Positions 14,202-25,781 of a DNA stretch of 64,000 bases are shown piece after piece; position 1 is the stretch's first letter, and each line of letters opens with the position of its first letter. Source of the stretch: Novakomyces olei (lineage: Eukaryota); contig JADEYG010000015.1 of the NCBI GenBank assembly GCA_016906335.1, forward strand, positions 620,001 through 684,000, read 5' to 3'. A program made the translations under genes and the position numbers. The notes under the pieces are model-generated. The model was given only the letters and a program-made list of their open reading frames with translations. It was not told where the DNA came from and ran no database searches.

Positions 14202-14462
14202 CTTTGCGGCTCAGCAGTTCCGCGTCTAAGCTCAATCCATCACCTTATTAGAAGCCTCCAGAGATCGATAGATTATGCTGAGCAATTTTGCCTCACGATC
14301 AGCTTCAGCTCTATTATGGACCAATTTGTTATTGGTAATATTAAAGGCTACAATATCAAAAATACAAGGCAATTTACATTATGGTTGGGAGTTAGATTTT
14401 GAATTTGAAAACCGTCTTTAATTACTAAATTAATCGCCGCCCAAACGATGTGAACAACTGCG

Positions 14463-14890
14463 CTCTCCAATATGTATACCAAAGTATACAATAATTGCCA
14501 TCCCAACTCCCAATTTAATGAATGCCTTCGCAATCAAAAGCAAATCCCAACAAAGGTGCTCAACAAACGCCACCAGCGCAGAGCCTTTTTCGTGAAAAGA
14601 GTAATTATTACCCTCTCCAACATGTATACCAAAGTATACAATTACTACCATCCCCACTCCCAATTTAATGAATGCCTTCGCAATCAAAAGTAAATACCAA
14701 CAAAGATGCTCAACAAACGCTATCAGCGTAGAGCCTTTTTCAAGTGAAGTAATAACTACCCTCTCCAAAATGTATACCAACGTATACAATAATTGCCATC
14801 CCCACTCCCAATTTAATGAATGCCTTCGCAATCAACAAAAGTAAATACCAACAAACCTGCTCGCACATCAGCGCAAGACCTTCTTCACGT
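14463..14890. repeat. Tandem repeat, ~3 copies of a ~150 bp unit
   Basis: Unit CTCTCCAAnATGTATACCAAAGTATACAAT...AATGCCTTCGCAATCAA...CAGCGCAGAGCCTT starts at 14463, 14613 and 14761 (periods 150 and 148). Confidence 0.95.
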
Positions 14891-16144
14891 GAGAGGTGGT
14901 AAAGAGATGTTTTAACACCTCTCATGTGAAGAAGGCTCTGCTCTGATTACATAGAACAGAACCTTCCGGACATTGATTTCCTTATCAATGTCCTCGCAAG
15001 CTATACTAGCAGCAAGCTGTCAAGCAAAATGCTAAAAAGTAAAAGTCATGTAAATGCGAAGTCAAAATCATCATGGACGAGATCTGTACACATCTTACAT
15101 CTTGAAGCCAAGATTACGAAGAGGTCGTAGCGGCTAATCTTCCCTCTTTCGAATAGTCTCGATCTCTCAATCCCTACTGTTGTGGTCCTACCCGATTACC
15201 AACATACATTGAACCAGCGGGTCATACAAGCAAACACTAAAGGAAACCCTCAAAACAATCACACAAGCAATTTGGAATCAAGCGCTGTGAATATGACAGT
15301 GGAAAATAAATCTCGGAATACATAGGCCACGGGAAAATTGCATCAAAACTTTGAATGCCAACCCGAAAGGCAAACCTGGATGAGCGTTGCCAGACAATAT
15401 AAAATGAAGCTGGGATGCGAAAGCCAGAGGACGTATAGCTGAAAATACAAACAGATCACACGCAGAGCGATACTGCTGGGAGAATATTAAATGATGTGCC
15501 AAGCAAAAAGGACTGGAAGTATTGTAACACCGAGGAAAAGTGCACAAGGTACGCGGTCAAATCTGAGCCAAACGTGGCAAGTAGAGCCCGAAACGTGTAG
15601 CGTCGTAGAACGTGAAGGTCACCAGCATTCTTAGGAAAATAATACGTAGCCATAGCAAATGCAATATATCGAGGCCTGGCAGTTGCGTAAACGGAATACA
15701 AATGTCGAATATACAGTTGCAAACGTCGCTAAAAAGACGTCGCCATCTGGTCCGCAAGTGAAAACCAAAGACAAAGTGTACGATACAGAGTATAAGAGTT
15801 TCGAACGTGGCGACAAAACTGTGGCGTCATACTGAAAAAGTTTCCAAAACCAAGCAAACGAAAAGACCAAACGGGCGCTGGAGATTAAAGTCCTCCGATG
15901 TGGATGCTGGACCAAGGCGGCGTATCGATTACGTCTTATACCTTATTAGCAAATGAAGGAGGGGAGCACCAAAGACGCTTCACCGGTCTCCGGGCCCAAA
16001 CTGACAATAGTAGAAGCCTATCCTCGTACGATATCACGTAAAAACCAAAAACCGGTCCGATACTTTCGAACACGGCCAACCCACCGTCTTATGCCATCTT
16101 TCTATGTCCAAATACAAAGGACGTAAGGATCCGTTGCACTCCAC

Positions 16145-16246
16145 TATATATACATATATATTCGAGGAGGCGGATGAAAATTATTCGGAGGGGGCTTGCA
16201 CATATTTATACCTTTTATTGGGAAAACCCTGATTTAGAAAACCCTA
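16145..16246. promoter_or_regulatory. TATA-like tract plus two telobox/Tbf1-like AAAACCCT sites
   Basis: TATATATACATATATA at ~16145-16160; AAAACCCTG at 16223-16231; AAAACCCTA at 16238-16246. Confidence 0.4.
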
Positions 16247-16333
16247 GTGAATTCAAGTTATACAACAGCATTATGAAGCAAGGTTCTAAACAAAAACTGA
16301 TTTGAAAACCTCTTTCGTCAAATTTGAGAAATT

Positions 16334-17077
16334 ATGAACGCGCAAGTGGCCGAAGTGTCGGGCGATATGTCCTCATCACAGGATCAGGTACTTTGATAGT
16401 CTCAAACACGAAATCTGACAGTTTTCAGGAGATTCTTGCGATGAAAAACCGAGTAGCAGAGATGGAAGCAGAGGCCGCAAAATTAAGAGAGTTGCAAGAC
16501 ACGCTTAGCCGCGAAACTGCAGGCTTGGAGGAGGACAGAGAGGAAATTGATGCTCGATCCGTGTTTGTGGGGAACGTTGATTATGGAGCCACACCGGAAG
16601 AATTGCAGAGTCATTTTGCGGGATGTGGAGCCATTAACCGAATCACGATTGTATGCGATCGGTTTGGACAGCCTAAAGGGTATGAGCTGTAAATTTGTCA
16701 TCGCGTGTTGGCCTCTCTGATTTGTTTTTCCAGCTTCTTTATGTGTTTAGCGTTGATATACGTTTTCTTTTAGATATTTTTCTGTCCACGTTATATTATG
16801 TGTCCATTTGCACAGCTCTTCTGACTGCTCTAGGTTTGCTTATGTCGAATTCGCGGAACCAAACCAGGTTGCCGCTGCCTTGGTCATGAATGAAACTACC
16901 TTCCGGGATCGCCAGCTCAAAGTGACGCCCAAGCGTACCAACATCCCTGGCATGTCGTCGCGTAGCCGTGGTCGGGGTCGTGGAGGCTATCGCGGAGGAT
17001 ACCGCGGCTATCGCGGTGGCGGATTTCGAGGGAGCCGTGGAGGATACCGTGGACGCGGTCGCGGAGCACCTTACTAG
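16334..17077 (+). CDS. PAB2: Nuclear poly(A)-binding protein (PABPN1/Pab2/Sgn1 family)
   Basis: Coiled coil [22 protein letters not shown] ([16 protein letters not shown]...PKG|FAYVEF), [12 protein letters not shown] tail ending RGAPY; two introns. Confidence 0.9.
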
Positions 17078-18571
17078 TATGAGAGTACTAGAGATATATA
17101 ATCTGTGCAACCAGGCTCTAAGGGTATCTCGTGTCTGAACATCGAGACGCACAAAAAGAGGCCGAGGCTTTTGTGCAAAAGTTTCAAAACAATTGAGAGA
17201 ACAAAGAAGAAGATGAGAATTCCTTAAGAAAAGAAAAAGAAACACGATTATCCCAATAGAGCCAATTGTAATTACGCAAGAAAATCCTGGAGAATAATTT
17301 AGAGAATAAAAGTCAAGAATAAAAAGTTACTAAGTCTGCGGATGGCAATATGTGCAGCCATCTGGTTTGTGTTGGTTCCTCTTATTCATCTGTTTTTTCT
17401 ATTTGTATGTATATATATTTTTTTTTTGGCAATTTTTATTTGTTTATTATACCTTTGGGCTTTTGTACTCACTGAGCGATGAAATGAGTATGGCATGTAT
17501 TTAATGAGGAGTTTTATTGCCGTAAGTATTGGCTGGAAGTCTGCGATAGAAAAATACGTAATAAGAACACCAGGCTGCGAGTGTATGGATATTGCTGCAT
17601 CTGCATTGCCGAAGATTATGGTCCTCAGTATCACAATCATATTAAAAAAGCATTTTTATTATGGATGTACATATTGTACAGGAATACATTTTGTATGGAC
17701 AAATCTTGGTCTATTTGCACAAAAGGTCAGGCCAGGTTGAAAGCTAGATGTGCCAGTATGACTAAGCGCATTCCGTTGAGAATGAAAAGAATTTGATTGT
17801 TCAATTTTGCATGCAAACATTTGATCATCTGAATTTGCGATAATATAATAGGACCAAATGTTTTACCTACATTCTATAACGAGAACAGTAGTACATTTCA
17901 AGCAGTACACAGTAGCACAAACTCAAACTAACTGCGGTCGGCTGTGTGGCCCAATCCACTGTATCGAGCTATGAAATGGTATCTATTATATCCATTGCAC
18001 TAGTTTCATAGCAGTAATTCTCATTGCAAGTAATCTTAACCAAAATGACGGTCCTTTGGCTATGTGTGCCATCGATCGAGTTGGGCAACGCACTAATCAA
18101 GATATACGGTCCGTGTGTCGACTTGGAATTATTTCATGCTAATTGCTGTGTAGACAATAAAACAAACAGCTTTATTTAATTTTACAGCCCCAGTGAACAT
18201 TGAATCTTTTCGTAGACAGGCCGTCTTTATCCGTCGACGCCCAAAGTACTGGACATTTTACATGTGCGAGTAATCTTTTAATAGCAGTGCTGAAACAGAC
18301 CTACATTGGTGCATGCTCGCACCATCCTCGTGTACCAGTAATTCAAGCAGGTTTACCCTTCGTAATGTCATTTTCATACATCTCATAATATGAGGGCATA
18401 CGCACATACAAGTGTATGGGCACATCTTCACTATACTATACAATCAATTCATTGCACCAAAAATCAGTCGTATTTTTCACTGCTTTTGTTTTTTATGTAT
18501 GTATAATTATATCTAAAATTGTGATCTGGTCCCGCAGCACTTTGCAGAGTCTTACTTTTCCCGGTGTTGCG

Positions 18572-19948
18572 ATGGCTTCCGCGTCAAATGGACAGTAAGT
18601 CTTTTATGCGTCGAGACAAGGGCTCCAGATTTCTGCAGCCGTTTGCCTTTGCTCAACTAGTTGGCACGACTAATCATACTTTACAGGACACGGAAGATCC
18701 GGGTCACCATAATAGCGGCTGACGGGCTATACAAGCGCGATCTGCTCCGTACGTTCAACGACTTGATATTATGAGCAGCTTCATTCTCATCGAGTCTTTG
18801 TTGTGTGGACTGACTAACACACAATTAGGACTTCCCGATCCGTTTGCTGTACTCACAGTCGACGGCGAGCAGACGCGCACTACTACCGTAATCAAAAAGA
18901 CTCTTAATCCGTACTGGAATGAAGCCTTTGATGTGTACGTCTCTTTTTTCCAAGGCATTTTGTTCCTCCTCCCAAGTCGATGCCATTGGCTTGCTTTTGG
19001 TCGGGTTTTGCTCTAATTCGTCCCATGGTCTCTTACTTTTGTCCCTCCATCAAATCTGTAGTTTGCTCTACATTTATTTCTAACAATATTTCCATCTCTC
19101 TGTGGTTGGCTACTAACCTCGTCGTAGAACCGTCAAAGAAGCAAGCATTATTGCCGTACAAGTGTTTGATCAGCGGAAATTCAAAAAGAAGGATCAAGGA
19201 TTTCTCGGTGTGATCAACGTCCGTGTCGGCGATGCCCTTGACCTTACCGTCGGGGGCGATGGTATTCCCGCATTTGTTTTCACTTTTTTCATTGTTTGGC
19301 TTTCATCTACTCTTGCTTTGACGTGCCGCCACTGATTTCTTGTTGCACCAATACTTGGTTTATATTACAACTTGTTACATTGTACCTTATTCCCAAGTGT
19401 TGAAACGCTTTACTGGCACCAGTCTTGCGTGCTTGACCTTGGCCAGTTGCTCAGCAATCACTCGCTCTTGCCAAGTTTTGGTTTAGAGCAATTTATTTAC
19501 AAATTCAAAACCAATTTATTTACAAATTCAATTCCAACCAATTCAATTTCCCTTTGTTTTTCTGGCCTTCTACTTTTTTTCCTTTTGTTGTTTTGCCTTT
19601 CCCTATCTTTCTAACCATCCAGAAATGCTCACTCGTGACCTGAAGAAATCGAGCGACAACATGGTGGTTCATGGAAAACTCATTCTCAACCTGTCGACGG
19701 CTATCAATACACCTGTGCGTACAGGTCCTGCGCAGTCTACAGAGAATCTGGCGGACGGGGTCAACCGTATAACGGGTGATATTGGCTCCATCGGTATCCG
19801 TGACCGGTCGCATGCCAGTTCAGCGTCCTTGAATGCCGATGCCGGCATTAATGGCAGTGGCAGTAATAGCAACAATATAAACAGCGCAGCACCAGTACAA
19901 GGTGGACCTTCAGCTAACGGCGTCGGCGGCACACAGGCGTCTGGAGCC

Positions 19949-19989
<41 letters not shown>

Positions 19990-21790
19990 CTACTCCTCTT
20001 CTGCCTCCTCGCATGCACTGTCCTCCTTTGAGGACCAGTACGGCCGGCTGCCTCCTGGGTGGGAGAGGCGTACAGACAATCTGGGCAGAACGTACTACGT
20101 AGACCATAATACCCGCTCGACTACATGGACGCGGCCGAGTGCAATGCACTCTGACGCTGATAGACAGAACCAGACTGAGCTGGAGCGTATGAGGCACAAC
20201 CAGAGGACTCTGCCAGAGGACAGGACGAGCAATAATGTATCTCCTCTGCCTCCTCAGCAGCAGCAGCAGCAGCAGCAGCAATCTGCCTCACAGCCAACAG
20301 GGATGTCTGTCCTATCCTCGTCCGCAACCACAGCAGGAACAGGTGAACTGCCGGCTGGATGGGAGCAGAGGACGACGCCGGAAGGCCGTGTCTATTTCGT
20401 AGACCACAATACACGCACGACTACCTGGGTCGACCCTCGCCGGCAGCAGTACATCCGGATGTACGGCCAAGGCGGCCCTGGAAGCACCACTATCCAACAG
20501 CAGCCAGTATCGCAGCTGGGCCCTCTGCCCTCCGGATGGGAGATGCGCCTGACAAACACGGCACGAGTGTACTTTGTGGACCACAATACAAAGACCACAA
20601 CGTGGGACGATCCCCGACTGCCGTCTTCACTGGACCAGAATGTTCCACAGTACAAGCGCGACTTTAGACGTAAACTGATCTACTTTCGCTCACAGCCGGC
20701 ACTGCGGCCGCAGCCTGGTCAGTGCAATATTAAAGTCAGGCGGAGCCATATCTTTGAGGACTCTTACGCTGAGCTCATGCGGCAAACTCCACAGGACCTG
20801 AAAAAGAAGTTTATGATTAAATTCGACGGTGAAGACGGATTGGATTACGGAGGACTCTCGCGCGAGTTTTTCTTTTTGCTCTCGCACGAGATGTTCAACC
20901 CGTTTTACTGCCTTTTCGAGTACTCTGCAGTAGACAATTACACTCTGCAAATTAACCCGCACAGTGAGGTTAACCCTGAGCATCTCAACTACTTCAAGTT
21001 TATCGGCAGAGTCGTGGGACTGGCCATCTTCCACCGCCGCTTCCTCGATGCCTTTTTCGTTGTGTCCCTGTACAAATTGATGCTCAACAAAAAGGTCACC
21101 CTGGCCGATATGGAGTCGATCGACGCCGAGTTCTACCGCAGCCTTGTATGGATCCTGAAGAACGATATCGACGGAGTGCTGGATCTTACTTTTTCCACCG
21201 AGGACAATAGGTTTGGTGAAATAACAACCGTCGATTTGAAGCCCAATGGACGTAACATCGAGGTCACAGACAGCAACAAGCAGGAGTATGTCGACCTCGT
21301 CACTGAATGGCGGGTCTACAAGCGTATTGAAAGCCAGTTTAAATCTTTCCACGAGGGCTTCAATGAAATGATCCCACAGGAGCTGATCAATGTCTTTGAC
21401 GAACGGGAACTGGAGCTCCTGATTGGCGGTATTGCGGAAATGGACGTGGACGACTGGAAAAAGCATACTGATTATCGGACGTACACAGAAAACGATCAGA
21501 TTATTCAATGGTTCTGGGAACTTGTTCGTGAATGGGACAATGAAAAGAAATCAAGGCTACTGCAATTCACCACGGGAACCTCTAGAATCCCGGTTAACGG
21601 GTTCAAGGACTTGCAGGGCAGCGATGGTCCCCGCCGGTTTACTATTGAAAAATCAGGAGAAATCACACAGCTGCCCAAGGCACATACATGTTTCAACCGG
21701 CTCGATTTGCCCCCTTACACTTCCAAAGAACAGCTCGATAGTCGTTTAAGTTTTGCATGTGAGGAAACGGTTGGATTTGGGAATGAATAG
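18572..21790 (+). CDS. RSP5: NEDD4-family HECT E3 ubiquitin ligase (C2-3xWW-HECT)
   Basis: C2 domain split over small exons ([21 protein letters not shown]), three WW domains (LPPGWE, LPAGWE, LPSGWE), HECT ending [16 protein letters not shown]; internal (GA)n and poly-Q tracts. Confidence 0.97.
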
Positions 21791-22485
21791 AACCTGGTCG
21801 CCAGTTAATTATTGTTTTATTGTTATTTTTATTTATTTTTCAGGTCAGTTTGATTTTTTTACCGTCTACCTTTTTCCGTTTATTTTTTTTTTTCCAATTA
21901 TTGAAGGAGGGTATTTCTACGAGTCAGTCTCGCGATTTAGTATGGCCTTTATTAATTCATTAATTAATTTATCACGTTTCTGTTATATCATGCCAGCACA
22001 AATTGATACATAAATCAAGATTTCCAAGGTCTATATAACTAGTTCATTCTTTTATCGTTACTACGACAGTGGCTGCACGCTTGTTTGCTTTCCTCTCTGC
22101 CTTTTGACCACATTTTTCCGTTCTCCTCCACCCACACACTTGCGATTCTTATGATGTTGATTATTATTTTATCTTGCTGCGCGACCCAAAGAGACTAGTC
22201 TTATTTAATTTACAAAATTAATGATTTGCCGATTCGCTCACTCAATTAATCTTTTGAGTCTATTGTGGAGCTCAATCAAACTAGGCGCTGATAGTCCATT
22301 TTTCTAGTAAAGTTGGATGGCAAAAACAGGCTAATACTCCATTGATCTGTAATTCCAGGCCTTTTACATTGTTTTATTTAGTCTTACTCTGGCGTAATTA
22401 TTATATTTATTATTATTTGTATAGAGAACAGGCAATACCAACAATCAACTTTTTTGCAATGTATTCTAACGTGAAAGCAAATTTT

Positions 22486-24787
22486 TCACCTTGATTTCTG
22501 CAGTCTGGCTTGATGAGCCCCTCTCCAGGCACTCCATTCTTCAAGAAGCCTATCGCGGTGAGGAATTGCGGTCAGTGTATCCTTGACATAAACACCTCTA
22601 AATATATCGAGATCAAGCAGCGCATTTACCAGGCCACTGGCATATAGACCGGCTACCGCAAGCCTCCAGACAAGAGCAAATGCGATTCCAGCCGCAATAC
22701 CCGCTACAACTTGTATCGTTGTATGATACGCCAAAACGACACGAGCCACGGAGACGCCTATAGTCAAGCCGAGAGCACAGGCAAAATAAACGAGCCCAGT
22801 TCCTGTTTGGAAAATGGAAAAAAGTCTTTGTGACTTTAATTGCGCTTGGACCGAATGAGCATCAGAGAGTTCCATCACGAAATACGCCAGGAAAAAGCCC
22901 ATAAACTGGGCGTGACTACTAGGCATTCCATAGCCATGACCTTGAAGTTGTGCGGGCCTTTCCGCCTTTATGAACCGTTTAAGAGCAAAATTAAACAGCT
23001 CACAGGCTACTTGCCCCGCGGCCATTAGCACGATCCTCATCTCTCGAGTCCATAGCGCTAACGTGCCATAAGCAATAAACAGGGCTTGAGGCACCATAGA
23101 TAAGAGAGCCATGACGTAAGCCAAGGTTGATGACGGGTCATACAAGACTTCAAATAAGGCTAAATGTTAGAACTGAATTGAGCCATATAAATTAGTCCAT
23201 AGATCAATTGCCATTTTTATTTTCATTTTCATTTCTTATTTTTACTTTTATTTTTTACTTTTTAAGTTTCAGTTTCAGGCTGTGCATCTTTCTGTGTATT
23301 ATTATTAAAACTTACAAAGTGGAACAAGGTTCTCCGTAGACCTTTTCTGCATCAGTTTCGGTGACGTTTGGAAGTTTAGATCTAAACAATTAGGGGAATC
23401 TTTCGTGCCAGCATATGTCTCTGCATTTAGCTGCTCTCCTTCCTTTTCACTACCAGTTCCATTCTGAGCTCGCCCATTATGCAAAACAGTCGTTCCTTCG
23501 ACTTTTCCGGTGAAAGTGTCCCGCTTTTCGCAAATATATTCCCGCACTATTCGTTCAAACGTACTCTTCCCAACGTCCATATGTTCTCCAGGCACGGTAA
23601 GTCGATGCAGCCTTCCGCCCATATCCAGTTCTTTTAATCCAAGCCAGTCCTCCTGGTAGAGAGGGTGCTCTTGCATTGGAACCATTTCCCCTTGCGCGTC
23701 TTCGTCATCAAACCAAGCTGATCCAGCTGGGCGTACAACTGTATCATTCTCAAACCTAATCAGCACAAGACTCTGCAAGGAGGCCAAATTCAATCTATAT
23801 TTGCGATTTTTCTCCTCATGTTCATTATTGATATCAGCCAGAAATTGCGAGTGTTCCAGGTAAGCGGCCATTTCACTAGTTTTACGGAAATACTGAGCCT
23901 GTATTAGATGAGATTGGATCCAAGGACGCCAAACTCCAGCTCGTATTAGCGCTCTAGCACGACGGCACCAAAACGATGCTTGATCATCACACTGAGGCAG
24001 ATCGTTTACTCCAAAATGCTGAGACCCCCAAGTTATGAGTGAGCGAACAGGCGGGTCGTTGCACCTTTCCACGTACGCACTAACAGTAAGCATTGCAAAT
24101 AAGAGGGCGAGTCAAAGATAACAGAATAAAACAGGGAAAAAAAGAGCAGTGAAGAAAAAAGGACAAGGAGAGAACGCAGTTATCCCTAAATACGATCAAC
24201 TATTCCTAAACACATCCATTATCCCTGATTGTGGCCCCATTCCTCTATAATACAGACTTTAAGGAGCCGTACGATGAAAGGCTCAAACGAGCGACGAGGG
24301 CAAAAAAGAAACGAGAATTAAATCAGAGACTCTTGAACAAAAACTGATTGAAAATTAGAGTAGACGGCGTAGAAGGTAGCAATCGGATTGAATCGATTAA
24401 GACCAAAACCAGGGACAGACAAGATCATCGAGAGCCAACGGCAATCTGCAATTCTTACCGTAAAAACTGGCCACCCTGACTGAACCCGATCGCATGGAAT
24501 CCGTTCTGCAGATTGGGGTCAGACTTCAACTGGGTACAGACTCCCTCCAATTGGGCATTCACTGAGCCCCAGAACCCAGCACGTTCATCGTCCTGGGCGT
24601 CGGCGTAGAGCGAACGAGTATAGCCGCCTGTAATATTGGCAATCTCAGATGCACGCTGTACCATTCCTTCTGAATCGTAAGTGTCACCTAACCCGTGCCA
24701 CAAAACGACGGCTGGTGCTTGAAAGCAGAGCGCGGTAGCGCGCACGCTGAGCAACACGAGCCAGAGCCATTTTTCCGCGTTAACCAT
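22486..24787 (-). CDS. pdf1: Palmitoyl-protein thioesterase - dolichyl pyrophosphate phosphatase fusion (pdf1-like)
   Basis: Exons 24787-24459, 24079-23316, 23159-22486. Signal peptide; PPT1 motifs VLWHGLGD, GFSQGG, ENDTVV, GEHM. Intron 23315-23160 (GTAAGT...TTCTAACATTTAG) joins in frame to DOLPP1 (SLFEVLYDP, KRFIKAERP, GMPSSH, RVVLAYH). Confidence 0.88.
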
Positions 24788-25209
24788 GGATGATCATACT
24801 TTGGTCACTGTTCACAACACTGTTCATATTTGGCAACTTTGTATATCGTCAACTGGAGAATATGGCGATTAAATAATAAAGTTGGAACTAAGTTTGTTTT
24901 AATCGTCAGTGTTACTATGGGAATTGATTAAATATGAACGACAGCCAATGTAATAGAGTTGGCCACCGTTAGTACAGTTAATATGGGGAATAATAGTTTT
25001 AGAATTGTGCAAAGTTACGGATTAGAGTTTGTATTATAGTCGGTTGGAGTTACTATGGGTAAGTTGAAGTATTGATTAAATATTGACCAAATGTGTATAT
25101 ATAGATAGAGCTGTACAGCTGCGAACGCATACTGAAACTCAAAAATTATATACTTGTGAAGAGAATGATACTGTTAATAAAGATTGTTGAGAAATGGACT
25201 CTATATAAC

Positions 25210-25463
25210 TGTTGAATATAGTAAGTAGGTTGGAACTTGTTCTTATGGTAGATTAAATGAATTAGAAATTCTCGATTGCTTTAGCTGAATCTCCCGAAGG
25301 GTATGAGGGTTCGCTTGAGCTGTATATATATAACTATGTATTTTTGAGTGAGGTCCTGTAAAGCTAAAGTCAAACAACTGACATTCTTGGTAGAATTGTC
25401 TTAGCCGGTCAGTGAGTCTGCGAGTGTATTATTATAAGGGAATAGTGGATTCATATTTCAACA
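25210..25463. mobile_element. Solo LTR, 254 bp
   Basis: Starts TGTTGAA, ends TTCAACA, flanked by 5-bp direct repeat ATAAC (25205-25209 and 25464-25468). Confidence 0.8.
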
Positions 25464-25781
25464 ATAACTTATATTTAACTCTATTTGAAATAATTACGGT
25501 CTCCTTACATTCTATATTCCGTCTTTACCAGATCTATATTTATATTTAATATATTGAATATTATATGTACTTTGAGCTTTGTGGACCTTTCTCGTTTTTT
25601 CTACAATCAGATAGTCAGTATCAACCATTCAAACTTTAAAATAACTTGATATTAAAAGATAAAAAGCTCGCTTGAACAGTACGTTATCGCGAACGATAAA
25701 AATAATTTTTATCAGACACATTAATAATATGATGAAAGTGCCGTAATACTCCAAAAAGCATTAGTGCATTTCACAGTGCCA

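Noticed and set aside
14463-14890. Repeat array as CRISPR-like
   Set aside because: Contiguous tandem units without unique spacers, eukaryotic context, and no cas genes.
16120-16131. Minus-strand ATCCTTAC resembling the U4 or U1 5' end
   Set aside because: The similarity ends after 7-8 nt, with no U6-pairing stems or U1 loops.
20690-21508. Long antisense ORFs (also 26872-27774, 12584-13249, 26069-26725)
   Set aside because: Shadows of real genes on the opposite strand, with no recognisable motifs.
22486-24093. PPT1 and DOLPP1 as two separate genes
   Set aside because: The DOLPP1 ORF start in the track is TTG, its conserved N-terminus spans the splice junction, and a canonical intron joins the two in frame.
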